Assembly: GCF_018350175.1 (NCBI RefSeq)
Contig: NC_058368.1
Location: 100,504,001-100,568,000 of the forward strand
Length of the DNA: 64,000 bases
Direction: 5' to 3'
From: Felis catus
Taxonomy: Eukaryota
Shown: one piece after another, positions 27,941 through 40,270 of the stretch
Position numbering within the stretch: position 1 is the stretch's first letter
How the letters are laid out: each line of letters starts with the position of its first letter
Notes under the pieces: generated by a model
Seen by the model: only the letters and a program-made list of their open reading frames with translations
Databases searched by the model: none
Told to the model about the DNA's origin: nothing
Made by a program: the position numbers and the translations under genes

Positions 27941-28426
27941 AAAAGTCATAGAACCTGTCAGTTTATCATGGTAAATGATGAGGGTTTGGGTGTCTCCTTG
28001 TGAATTTCATCATATCCCACATTCAGATAGTTCCCAAGACCTCTGGGGTTGCTCTTGAACTTTCGTGCAGCAGGATTGCCCCCAAAGATGATACAGTGTG
28101 AGGAGTTGCTCTGCCTTCAGATTTAATAGCCCTCACGCTTCAACAGTCATTTTCAGTCACCCCAACAACAAAACTTAGAAACTTATCCCTATCCCTGCTT
28201 CCCAACGTAGCTGGGCATTCTCCTTGAAGCCCATAAAGTTCTACTTGAGGTGAAAATTTGTGGCTCTGCCTCTGTTTTCCCTGCAATGTCTCTGGCTGTC
28301 ACTTTGGAGGACACCAGCTAACTTTGGCCAGGCTGGCATTCTCTTCCCAGTTTGGTTTCAGCCATCGCACCTCCCCAACATGTCTAAGGAAGGGTCCTCA
28401 TTGCATGGGTATAAAAACTCTCCGCA

Positions 28427-28618
28427 GGGGCACCTGGGGGGCTCAGTCGGTTAAGCATCTGACTTCGGCTCAGGTCATGATCTCATGGTTCATGAGTTCG
28501 AGCCCAGCGTCGGGCTCTGTGCTGATGGCTCAGAGCCTGGAGCCTGCCTCAGATTCTGTGCTTCCTCTCTGTCTGCCTCTTTCCCCCTCTCTCTCAAAAA
28601 TAAATAAATATGAAAACA
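28427..28618 (+). mobile_element. Can-SINE (SINEC_Fc type)
   Basis: Head, body and tail; TSD ctctccgca on both sides. Confidence 0.94.
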
Positions 28619-28729
28619 AAATCTCTCCGCAAACCAAAAATTACTCTCTACAGTTTTGCTTTTTAATAACATTTTCCTTTTGAAAGACTTAAAAACTGTT
28701 TCTTCAGAGCTGAACTGGAAGTCATAAAA

Positions 28730-28955
28730 ATACTAACACTTACTAGGTCCCTCAGCATGTCCTAAACACCATCCAAAGCACTTTGCATGGATTACGTTAT
28801 TTAACCCTCTCACCAAGTCAGTGAAGTGAGTGCTACTATCATTGCCATTTTACAGATGGGAAAACTGAGGCCTTGCAAAGTTAAGTAGCGTGCTGGGGTC
28901 ACAGAGTGGTAGAACTGGGATTCAAACTCAGGTAATCTGGCTCCAGAGTCCATGC
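28730..28955 (-). mobile_element. MIR
   Basis: Core ccattttacagatgggaaaactgaggc..gttaagt..gggattcaaactcagg. Confidence 0.8.
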
Positions 28956-29679
28956 TATGTGAGAAAAGGGACACCTCATGGTTGTATTGGAAAGTTTCCC
29001 TCCATCCAACTGCTAATTGCTATCCCCAGACTCACTAGATATGTGTCCCTCTGTCCCCTCAGGGTGGACATCTCTCCATGTGCCTGTACTGCCTCAGCTG
29101 GAAAGCTGTATTCTCCCCACCACGCCAAACTCCCCTTCGCCAGAGAGGCTCATGCCTGAGGGCTGGCTGATGGCCACCTCCCTTACCCTCAGTTATTTTC
29201 AGATGGGCTCTGGGCCTCGAACACATAAACACTGGGGGGGTTCCCTCTCCTCTTCCCATGGACCCCCACCCTACCCCTTTCAAGCTTCCCTCACTGTTGG
29301 CTGTTGACTCAGGTTGACATGTGCACATGTACGTACAACTGACCCCAGCTTTTAGCTCTCCAAGGGATAGCAGTGGCCATCTGCCCTCTGTGTAAATAAA
29401 GGGGGGTTTGAGAGAATGGGGCACATATATGACCCCAAAGAGCCTCACAATTTGCACAAATACTTACTGGAACCTCGGTGTCTGTTTCCATTGCTTTACA
29501 TGATCCTTGAAGCCAGTCACACTGCTCTAGCTACAAAAACACTCTGTTCTTAACATTTTGCTTTTTAGCTTGTACACTCTAGCAGATTTTGCATGAAGGT
29601 GCAAAAAAAAGTCTTTTTCTAAAAAAAAAAAATTTTTTTTTCAACAACCTAATATCATGCAGGTGTATAGAAAGCGACA

Positions 29680-29863
29680 CGCTGTGTTCCCAAACTTGGG
29701 TGCGTATTTTCATCATCTGGGGGAACTTTTACGAATCTCAGTGTCAGACCACACCCCAGACCAAGTTCACCAGAACGTCAGAGGGTGGAGCCCAGGTACT
29801 GACATTTTTTTTTTTAAAGCTCCCGAGGCAATTCCAATATGCAGCTTATTCTGTAAAACCACT
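29680..29863. mobile_element. MER5-like fossil
   Basis: gtgttcccaaacttgggtgc...ccacaccccagacc...aaagctcccgaggcaattc..aaaccact. Confidence 0.65.
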
Positions 29864-30009
29864 TTTTGTTTTTTTTTAAAGAAACGCAGGCTTCCTTCCT
29901 GCTAACCCCGTTGCTTCCAAAATTTCTGTATGGTTAGTAAGCTTTCTCCCTTGATGCTGGGCTCAGATCTTCCTTGGAGAGTGAAAAACTCAGCTTGCAT
30001 TGGAGATGA

Positions 30010-30240
30010 TAATATGTAACATATGCTGAGGGCTTCCTCTGCACGAGCAGATACTAGATGCTTCCTGTGGCGGGTCGTGTGTAATCCTCCCAAGAACACA
30101 GTGGGAGCCGACAGCAAAAGCAGTCTTATTCCCACTTTAGAGAGGAGGAGGCTAAGGCTCAGAAAAGCCAAATCCCTTGCCCAAAGTCAAACAGCTGAAA
30201 AATGGTGGGATCAGGATTTGACCCAAAGAGTCAGACTCTG
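30010..30240 (-). mobile_element. MIR
   Basis: attcccactttagagagg..aggctcagaaa..cttgcccaaagtcaaacagct..caggatttgaccca. Confidence 0.7.
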
Positions 30241-30279
30241 GAATCTCCCCGAGACAGAAATCTCTAAATTCTTCTAACG

Positions 30280-30870
30280 ACCAGGATCGGGGGTGGGGAT
30301 GGGGGTGGGGGTGGGGGGGAAGGGTAATCCGTTTTTTGTCTGCTTTGTACCACCTACGATTTGATTTGAAAATTCTAGCTGTGAATTCCCACAAGGAAAC
30401 TGACTCCTAATATAAAGACCCGCCCCCAGTCGTCCGTAGCCAATGCCTCCTTTGCAGATGCTTTCGGCTTGTTGGAAAAGCCATGCTCCCCAAAAGACAA
30501 AGAGTGTCTTCACCCACCCCACTTTCTGTGTTCCCGGAACCACAGAAACATGTGTTGCCTCTGCCAGGCGAAGCGCCAAGCGCTGACAGGGCGTGTCGTG
30601 TTCGGTCCTCACAGCAGCCTCTGGTCTCGCACAGTGCAACTCACACCCTCATTTTGCAATGAGCAAACGCGCAGAGCTTCGGGAACACCCGATGCTTCCT
30701 AGTAGCTGGCAGAGCTGGTCGTTTTTACGCGGCTGACCCCCCCCCCCCCCCCGCAGCCCCCTTTCGAGTCTTCGGACTCGAAAAAGTGAGCATTTTTATC
30801 AGTGAAGAGCACAGCTTCTAGAAAAACAAGGATGGCCGCGGACTATGCCGCAGTCTGGAGATAGTAAGAG
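30280..30870. promoter_or_regulatory. CpG-island-like promoter candidate
   Basis: Roughly 24 CpGs counted by eye in 30420-30850; TATAAAG 30411-30417, GC box 30417-30426, AGCCAAT 30438-30444; G4 motif 30289-30324; no repeats recognised. Confidence 0.55.
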
Positions 30871-31270
30871 TGGTCACCAGAGGGAGACAGAGCTTGAGAC
30901 ATCAGCAGGTGAATGTCTCTTTCAGCAACAATTCACAAGCCCAGGGCCTCCGGAGGAAAACAACCAGGGTGGAACTCTTTGTTTGGGTTTAATTTCTTCT
31001 TCTACTGCTGCTGTCTTCCTGTCCTCTTCCTCCACCTCCTGTCCTACGTCTTCCTTTTCCTTGCCTGTTTCTAAATGGTAAGGAGCAGCTTTACCGGAGT
31101 GTGCAAGTCCGAGGAGGATGTTTTGAGGAGGTCCAGCCCCTGCCCAGAGCCTCAGCCCTGGAAGCCTGAGCAAACACACTGTTGTCTGCGTGTGAAGGCA
31201 TGAGTTTCCACATCTCCTCCGTCAGATCCTGGGGCTCTTGACCGAGACACAAACGCAACACTAGATAAAA

Positions 31271-31318
31271 TTTCTTTTTTTCTTTTTCTTTCTTTTTTTT
31301 TTTTTTTTTTTTTTTTTT
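31271..31318. repeat. T-rich / poly-T tract
   Basis: Directly visible. Confidence 0.9.
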
Positions 31319-31588
31319 GGAGGAAAGCAATTGAACACAGCCAAGGCAAAGGAGAGTTTGATTGGAATTCATCTGTAGGATTTTTTTTTTTTGCCTCAAA
31401 AGTATGTTAGATTCTTAAATACCAAAACACTGCCTGTAAAGAACAGATACACGAAGCTATTCTGATATCTGGCATCGTTTTTTAAAGAACTAGTTTCTAA
31501 TTTCTGGATTTTAAACTCTCTGAAGGCTTCTCCCTACAATATGTGCCACAAAGTGGGAGCGAAATGAATTTTTTAAATTCATAGGATT

Positions 31589-31810
31589 GGGGCTCCTGGG
31601 TGGCTCAGTTGGTGAAGTGTCGGACCCTTGATTTCGGCTCAGGCCATGGTCTCACTGTTCGTGAGTTCAAGCCACGTGTCAGGCTCTGTGCTGACAGCGC
31701 AGAGCCTGGTTGGGATTTTCTCTCTCTCCCCTCTCTCTCTGCCTCTATCCCTAACGCACTTGTGCACGTGCTCTCTGTCTCTCTCAAAATAAATAAACAT
31801 TAAAAAAAAT
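31589..31810 (+). mobile_element. Can-SINE
   Basis: Head ggggctcctgggtggctcag, (CT)n, aaaataaataaacatt tail. Confidence 0.93.
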
Positions 31811-33239
31811 ATTTATTTGGTGTCTTGAGCCAATTGCTGTTGGGGAAAAGAGAATTATTTTTGGGCCAGTGCCCCCACTAAAACAGTAACTCATTGTCCT
31901 TGGCAGTTGGAGATGCCTACCAAGCTCTAGTCCCCTTTCCCTTGGCCCACTGTCCTCCAAGTGGACCACCAATCAGGCTCATTCCACTGATGAGATCTGT
32001 GACCGACCTGAGTCCTGAGGCCCTAAAGTGAGTCCTCAGGAAGGTGGCAAGATGAGAGGGCTAAGAACCCTTTGGTTCGTTTGGGGTTTGCTGTTTTTGT
32101 TTGTTTGCTTACCTGTGTGTTTTGCTCTCTTCACTTCGGGAGGAGGCATTTTGTCTCGCCGCACAGACTAAGGTGAGAAGCTCTCCATTTTTCTCTTTGC
32201 TCTAGAAGGGTTTCTAAAATACGTGTTTGGTAATACCTCTCCTATAACTCTACAAGGGCTCTGACTGCCTTGTCACCTATTTCCAAAATTATTTGTGGAC
32301 TCACACATTTCTTGATTTTAGCTCTTTGTGGTTTTTTTTGGATATATTCTGGAAGGCAAGAGTCTCGAGCTTATTATGAAAGGCTTCATGATGAAAACAC
32401 TTGTGCAGACCCATAGTTGGGGAAATAGAGAGGAGTGCCTGTCAAGAGTGGGGCAAGGGGTATACAAGACTCTGAACTTTGGGCTCTAGACAGCAAGGCG
32501 TTCGAAGGAAACATAATGCTTATGTAGCCATAACTTGGCAAAGAGGTTAGAGAAGGGCAGTGAATAATCAGGAAAAACACTGAGGCTTTAGCTCTGTTTG
32601 TCTCTCCCAGATGCTCTCCCTTAGGAACATGGCACACAAAACCGAGGTGAAAAGGAAAGTGACCCAGTACTGTTGAAGAGTTGCAGCTTAGACATCCCAT
32701 GTTCGAACTGTACTGTGCCTTCCATTTGCTGCATAATCTTGGTCAGTTGACGATCTCACTGAGTTTCAAGGTGCTCATGTAGGAAACTTGCGGGCCCCGG
32801 TTGCTAAGATGCCTACAGGACAGGCTCTCCGTGGCCACGACTAGCATTTGCCCTGTGTCCTCAGGGGTGGTACGTACATATCTTCCCACAGGCCACCAAT
32901 TGGTGTAGCTATACTTAGCTGTAGTGAAAACGAGGCTGGGTCGTGCCCAAACCTAACAGAAGGGAGCTGCATGACTGATTGACAACTCTGTGCCATGAAG
33001 GACTTACTTATTGGCCGTCTCTGTGCCAGATTAAGAAACCAGCTATGACAGTTCAGTTTTCCAATCTGTAAAGTGGTGGCTTCCTCCTTCAGAGGTCATA
33101 TAAGAAACAGAAGGTATGCTTTAAGACCTTTAATGGAAGGGCAGCAAAAGAGCTGAGGGTGTGGCCACAGGGTTGTGCTTTGAGCCAAAGTTGAGAAAGT
33201 GCCTGTATGTCAACAACTCCTTTGATATATTTAGGCCAC

Positions 33240-33443
33240 TTTTTTTTTTTCCAATTTTTTCTAACATTTATTTATTTTTGAGAGAGCATGATGAGGGGAG
33301 GAGCAGAGAGAGAGGGAGACACAGAATCTGAAGCAGGCTCCAGGCTCTGAGCTGTCAGCACACAGGCCTCAAACTCACCAACCGTGAGTTCATGGCCTGA
33401 GCTGAAGTCAGATGCTTAAACGAGGGAGCCACCCAGGCACCCC
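33240..33443 (-). mobile_element. Can-SINE
   Basis: Reverse body and T-tail. Confidence 0.92.
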
Positions 33444-34854
33444 TAGTCCATCCTTTTAAATGATCCCATAGTAAATCATTTTTCTTTTTAGTCAAGACAC
33501 CCTGTTCATAACAGGATTCTAAAAGTCCTATACCAGTTAAAATCTCCTGAACACACTAAGTTAAATAGGATAAGTTAGATTTATTTCTTGTTCAGTTAAT
33601 TGGGCTCTGATTGATTTTCCTCAAGTCATGCAACAAGATAAAAGTAATTCTGGGCAACAGTTGACCCCTCAGTGGCGGATGGACAGAAAGCCTCTGTCTC
33701 GGCTCTGTCCGCGCACCCCGTCGTGGCAATGCTATGTTGGAAACCCTGCACAGCGCAGAAGAAATAGAAGAACTGGGTAAAGGAGGCAGGGTAGAGAGAG
33801 CAATTCAAGATGGAAAGATTCAAGGTGATGGTAGCAGCTTTAGAGTAGAGTCCTCGTCCACGGGGGAGACCCCTGCAGCTCACATCAAGGATGGTGGTCC
33901 TTTGTGGGGAAAGTAAAGGTCGGGTGAGGTGGTCCTCTCTTGAAGGATTATGGCATGGAAGCTTCGAACAAGTTCTCCATCTGCTTCTTTACTTTGTCAT
34001 TTATTCATTTGGCAGATGGTGATCATCTACTGTGTGCCAGGAATGGGACTACTTGGGAACTGAAGAAACGAATTAGACCCCTTTCCAGGGGGTTCATAGT
34101 TGAGAGAGGAAGAAGGACACATACAGAGCAGTAAATGCTCTGGAAAAGTTATGAAGGTCTCTTGGCGAACAAATCTTCGATGCCTAGACTACTCATTGTA
34201 TGTGCACATAGATCACAGACTAAGAGCTGAAACTAGAGATAAACACATATTTATTATAAGCTTTGGTTTTCCATGGTTTTTAGGTCATTGGATTTCCAAA
34301 CTATTTTTATGACTCGGAAAGCAAGTTTTAAAGGCATCCTGGCCAGCGTATCTGGTTTAATTCTAGTCTCATTTGCTTCCTGACTCTTTAAATAAGCCTT
34401 AGCATTATTGCATTCACATTTAGTGAAGTAAATATAATTTGCAAAAATCCAGGTCTGTTTATGTGAGTTCTCATGATTATGTCAGTGCTTCTTATTTTTG
34501 GTTTATTTATTATGTTTATCCCTTTTCCTTCCATAAACAAAGCTATTTGCTTTGCTGCCATTTCACTGATTCCGGGGATATTTTTTGTTTTACCTCCAGC
34601 TGTTAATCAGTAGGCAAGTGCCCGCACCGGAGTAAAACCCTTCCCTACAGCCGCATGTAACTACTTAGCTCTGGAATCTTCAACAACATTTATAACCACT
34701 TTGCACCTGGTGGAATTTTTCAGGTAAATGAAAGAGATGATATCTCAGTCCTCCTTTTGCCTCAGATCCATATTCTAGATCCAAGTCATGGTTTATCATT
34801 CTGCTTATCTGATTTTTTATAGGAGCAAATGCTAATACCAGAACTGACAACGTT

Positions 34855-36667
34855 TTTAAGAATTTATTTATTGTTTAATTTACATCCAAGTTAGTTAGCA
34901 TATAGTGCAACAATGATTTCAGGAGTAGATTCCTTAATGCCCCTACCCATTTAGCCCATGTCCCCCTCCCACACCCCCTCAAGCAACCCTCTGCTTATTC
35001 TCTATATTTAAGAGTTTCTTATGTTTCTTCCCCTCCCTGTATTTATATTCTTTTTGCTTCTCTTCCCTTACGTTCATCGGTTCTGTGTCTTAAAGTCCTC
35101 ATATGAGTGAAGTCATATGCTATTTGTCTTTCTCTGACTGACTAATTTCACTTACCATAACACCCCCTAGTTCCATCCACATAGTTGCAAATGGCAAGAT
35201 TTCATTCTTTTTGATTGTCAACTAATACTCCATTGTATGACATTTGGGCTCTTTCCATACTTTGGCTGTTGTTGATAGTGCTGCAGTAAACATTGGGGTG
35301 CATGTGCCCCTTCAAAACAGCATCCCTGTATCCCTTGGATAAATACCTAGTAATGCGATTGCTGGGTCATAGGGTAGTTCTATTTTTAATTTTTTGAGGA
35401 ACCTCTGTACTGTTTTCCAGAGTGGCTGCACCAGTTTGCATTCCCACCAGCAGCGCAAAAGAGATCCTCTTTTTTCGCATCCGCACCAACATCTGTTGTT
35501 GCCTGAGTCGTTAAGGTGAGCCATTCTGACAGGTGTGAGGTGGTACCTCATCGTGGTTCTGATTTGTATTTCCCTGATGATGAGTGATGTGGAGCATTTT
35601 TTTCATGTGTGGGTTGGCCATCTGGATGTCTTCTTTGGAGAAATGTCTATTCATGTCTTTTGCCCATTTCTTCACTGGATTGTTTGTGTTTTTGGGTGTT
35701 CTTTATAGATTTTGGATACTAACTCTTTATCTGATATGTCATTTGCAAATATCTTCTCCCATTCTGTAGGTTGCCTTTTAGTTTTGCTGATTGTTTCCTT
35801 TGCTGTGCAGAAGCTTTTTATTTTGATGAAGTCCCAATGGTTCATTTTTGCTGTTGTTTCTCTTGCCTCTGGAGACGTGTTGAGTAAGAAGTTGCTGCAG
35901 CCGAGGTCAAAGAGGTTTTTGCCTGCTTTCTCCTCGAGGATTTTAATGGCTTCCTGTCTTACGTTTAGGTCTTTCAACCATTTTGAGTTTATCTTTGCAT
36001 ATGGTGTAAGAAAGTGGTCCAGGTTCATTCTTCTGCATGTCACTGTCCAGTTTTCCCAGCACCACTTGCTGAAGAAGCTGTCTTTATTCCATTGGATATT
36101 CTTTCCTGCTTCATCAAAGATTAGTTGGCCATACGTTTGTGGGTCCATTTCTGGGTCCTCTATTCTGTTCCATTCATCTGAGTGTCAGTTTTTATGCCAG
36201 TACCATACTGTTTTGATGATTACAGCTTTGTAATATCGCTTGAAGTCCAGGACTATGATGCCTGCTGCTTTGGTTTTCTTCTTCAAGATTGCTTTGGCTA
36301 TTCAGGGTCTTTTCTGGTTCCATACAAATTTTAGGATTGTTTGTTCTAGCTCTGTGAAGAATGCTGGTGTTATTTTGATAGAGATTGCATTGGATATGAG
36401 GATTGCTTTGGGTAGTATTGACATTTTATTATTTTCTAATTTTTTTTGAAGTTTATTCATTTTGGGGAGAGAGAGAATGTGAGTGGAGGAGGGGTAGAGA
36501 GAGAGACACACACAGAATCTGAAGCAGGCTCCAGGCTCTGACCTGTCAGCACAGAGCCCGACGTGGGCCTCGAACCCAGGAACTGTGAGATCATGACATG
36601 AGCTAAAGTCAGATGCTTAGCCGACTGAGCCACCCAGGTGTCCCTTTGGGTAGTATTGACATTTTAA
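34855..36667 (-). mobile_element. 5'-truncated carnivore/felid L1 (ORF2 C-terminus plus 3'UTR), frameshifted
   Basis: ORFs [19 protein letters not shown] and [20 protein letters not shown] are L1 ORF2 C-terminal segments; A-rich tail near 34855. Confidence 0.95.
36429..36643 (-). mobile_element. Can-SINE in L1 5' end
   Basis: Bounded by ctttgggtagtattgacatttta at 36406-36428 and 36644-36666. Confidence 0.95.
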
Positions 36668-37144
36668 TCCAAATCATACAAATCTTCTTAGAGGGAATCG
36701 GGCACTTTCTCTAGGCCTGGTACATGGTGGTGATAATACTGTCGAGATTATTTGGTGTGGCAACTATGAACTTGGCTGCAAGTTACTGGGCAGAGCCATG
36801 TGTCATCTTGTACCCTCTGCACCTGTCCCCCATGTGGCATGTGATATAAATGCCAATCAGTGCTGAACTGAATGTACTCTTCAATTATGTTTTAATATAT
36901 TTCAAAGCAGTGAATAATAGTGGAAACAATTTTAAAGCATCTGTTGTACTATTTTCTCACTTAAAATGTTTTGTTTACTTGCTTTTCAGTCTCTGTAGTA
37001 AAAGATCCTAGACCCTTGGTCTTTGGGCTTAGATTTCTGGAGTCATAATGCAAATCTAGTGCTCTTAGTAAGCCTAATGTTCCTAAAATATTTCTTTGAA
37101 CCAGGATGTCAAGAAATAGCTAGAAGGGAAAAAATTTTTCTTTA

Positions 37145-37687
37145 TGAGCTATCAGTTGGCTTTCTGTTACTAAATTACAAATTATCCCAAAGCTTAGTGG
37201 CTTCATAAATATTATTTTACAGATTCTGTGGGTCATGAATCCAGACACAGCTCATCAAGGTGCCTCTGGTTCATGGCCTGTTAGGAGACTGAGATCAAGC
37301 TGTCAGCTAAGACTGTAGCCTTCTCTGGGGCTCCATCCAGAGTGTAAGGCTTCACTGGGGAAGCATCATTCACTTGGAGGCCTCAGGTCCTCACTGGCTG
37401 TTGGACGAAGGCACTTGTCCTTTACCAAGTGGGCTTCTTCATGAGGCAGCCCACAACATGGCCGCTGGCTTCCCTCAGAGGGAACAAGTTAGAGAGTCAA
37501 AGGTCCGCAAGACAGAAGCCACAGTCTTTGGCACACAAACTCAGAAGTGATGTCTCTTCGCTTTTCTAGTTGCTGGAATCAAGTCACGAGGGCCAGTCCA
37601 CACAGAAGAGTGGGTGATTTTCACAAGGGCAAGAATTCTAGGGGAGGAGGGATTACTGGAAGCCCATCCTGGAGGCTACCTACCACA
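37145..37687 (-). mobile_element. MLT1-type MaLR solo LTR
   Basis: acaaattatcccaaagcttagtggctt..cagattctgtgggtc...ctacctaccaca. Confidence 0.8.
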
Positions 37688-37719
37688 GACCGAATATGTA
37701 TATGTGAGTATATGTGACT

Positions 37720-37910
37720 TCGGAAGCTGATCCTTCCCTAGTCAAGCCTCAAGATGGCTAAAGCCTCAGCCAACAGCTTGATTGCAGCTAGGTAACAGAC
37801 CATGAGCCACAGCCACCCGGATGTGCTGTGCCTGGGTTCCTGGGCTACAGAACATACAAGCTATATTTGTTGTTTTAAGTCACTAAGCTTTGGGATAATT
37901 TGTTAGGCAC
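37720..37910 (+). mobile_element. MLT1 3' fragment
   Basis: cagccaacagcttgattgcagc...tgttgttttaagtcactaagctttgggataatttgtta. Confidence 0.75.
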
Positions 37911-38649
37911 GTACATATGTGAGTGTGTGTGTGTGTATACGTACGTATATGCCTATACACACACACCACACACACAGGAATTAAACACAAATATCCTTCA
38001 AAACAAGATTCCTCTTCCGATAAGATGATTCCGTAGCTTGAGCCATCTGTTTTGTGTCACCAAACACATTCTTGATAGACAGGTTTACATTTTCAGGATC
38101 ACTCTCTGAGATATTTCTCAAGTTTGAAAATAAAATATTTACTTCTGTGGACGGAAGGAAAGAAGGAATCCATAACTTTAGTTGTTGTTCCTGGGAAAGG
38201 CAAGTGCGACCCTCCTGCCTGTTGGATGAGCCAAGCAACCTGGGTTAATTTGCTCAACTCTAATCATTGGAGTTTTCAAATGTGTCATTATAACGCCTTC
38301 TCTGGGCAGTCAAGAAAATAGGCTATTGTTAGGAAACAGTTAATATTAATAATGATATTGATGCCGGTACTGAATAGAGAAGGCAGAAGGAATGCCGGGA
38401 TAGAGTTCCTTCAGAGGCGTCTCTAACCCAGACAACACGAGCTCCAGCTGTTGGGAGGCTTTAAGATCTCCAGGATCAAGGAGAGGTCACATGACAGTCA
38501 CGAAGTAGAATAATTTTCAAGGTCGCTGCTGGATGCAGATACTTACTATGACTGCGCCAGGTGTAAAAGAGGCGAATGAGAAGAAGCCAAGAAAAAAGAA
38601 AACTATGGTGGCCTCGACTGGATCTTTGGCCCGAAAACCATCGTCATTC

Positions 38650-39170
38650 ATTGAGTGGTCCTTCCCGTGACCTTACAGATCCCGCCTGCACACATGAGCT
38701 GACCCCCCCGCCTTGCCCCCCTCATTCCAGCCATGCTCGCCTGCTGTTGCTCCAAGTCTTAGCATGCACCTGCTTCCGAGCCTGGTATGTGCTGATCCGT
38801 TTGGAACACTCCTCCTGTGGTTATCATCCCCAGGGCTTGTCTTCCGCAATTCCCTTAACGCCTCTTCCCAAATGCCGTTTTCCCAGAGAAGACTTTGCTG
38901 TCAAATAAACAAACAAACAAACAAATAACCAGAAAAGCTTTCTCTCTGTGAAAAAGTGCCCAGGTCATCACGTAGCCTTTACTCTTCTTTTTCCTTCACA
39001 GTGCACCCCTCCAGATGGATCTCACAAGTTTAGCATCTGTCTCCCCCAGCTAGACTGTGGGCTCTCTAAGGGCAGGATGCTGGCCATTTCATGCATTCAC
39101 TACGGAATCCCCAGAACTTGGATCGGCACCTGGCACATTGTAGGTACTCAATCAATTTTTGTTGAATAAA
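38650..39170 (+). mobile_element. L2 3' fragment
   Basis: ctagactgtgggctctctaagggcagg...cacctggcacattgtaggtactcaatcaatttttgttgaataaat is the L2 terminus. Confidence 0.75.
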
Positions 39171-39917
39171 TATTAAATGCTTATATACTTTGCCAGATAT
39201 AATTACCAGCAGTTCCAGACATTTGCTTCTACAGACCTTGCGAGAGCTGCTGGGAGAAATCTTGTTACCATTATCACTATTTGAGCGTTGGATTCAAAGA
39301 AGTTAAATTATCCAAAACTGCCCATTGAGTGGGTGATGGATGTGGCTGTGATCCCAGGACTGTCTTAGTCTGCGCTCTTAGCCTAATAACCCCTTTCAGT
39401 GAAATGATTATATAAATACAGTCAGCCTTGAAGTAGTAACAGAAACTCCTGTCGAATTGTATACATCATTGGGACTTTGCCTGGTCCCTGCTCGTGAAAA
39501 TAAGACAGAAAACTGCATCCAGGCCGGTATTGGCAGGTTCTGTCACTGCTATAATTGAGTTCCTTTCCTCCCTGGAGCCCCATCTTCCTTCCTTTTCTGG
39601 ACGAGAGCTCTCAAGGAAAAGTTTGGGTGAATTATCTTTAATTCGAAAATCAAGGGCAGAAAAGCAAACTCTCTTGGTAATTGCAGGAGGATTGAAGGGG
39701 GGGGATATTTAAAATCACAGGTTTGTTTCTGATGCCAGGAGAAGGCTGTTGAGGGCAAGGGATTGGAGCTTGGGATGAAATGACCAACAGCCAGATTCTC
39801 TTTCTGAGACCCTGCCAGCGCTCAGTCTGTAGAAGGAATTTAGGAGATTGGGGAGTGTGTGCTAGTCCCGGGAAGATAATGGCTTGGTTTTGTCTTCCCT
39901 GTTCTAGCACCTCCCGT

Positions 39918-40270
39918 TTGATTGCTTTCTGAGTGGCAGGCACCATACCGTGCACATAACCTACTATGTCCCTGCAAACTCTCAGCGAGAGCAGGGATTT
40001 GACTATCCGTGTGTTCATCGCTTAGAAACACCAGCCCTTGCTCAAAACATTAGTAACTAAATACATAGTGGTCGCTGAATACCATCTATTTTATCTGTGG
40101 AGTTAGACGCCAAAAGATTCTGGGTTTTTTCATTACAGAATACATGCCTGCACATCTGTTTAGCTTGGTGGATACAGAAGTAGGAAACCTAGGCTGGAGT
40201 CAAACGTAGCCTTGTATGCTCAGATTGGTTCTTCCGCATGACTTTTGCAGTATTGAGACGAGACAAACTC
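39918..40270 (+). repeat. 353-bp direct repeat, copy 1
   Basis: Same sequence as 40641-40993 at constant offset 723; ORF track shows the identical peptide starting at 40018 and 40741. Confidence 0.97.

Noticed and set aside
30922..31399. Charged E/K-rich minus-strand ORFs
   Set aside because: Composition comes from the pyrimidine and poly-T tracts on the plus strand.
33626..33916. Short ORFs with protein-like composition
   Set aside because: No recognisable homology or convincing splice boundaries.
35312..36511. L1 ORF2-like ORFs (also 56208-57286) as functional CDS
   Set aside because: 5'-truncated and frameshifted, with stops and deletions; no endonuclease domain or RT core.
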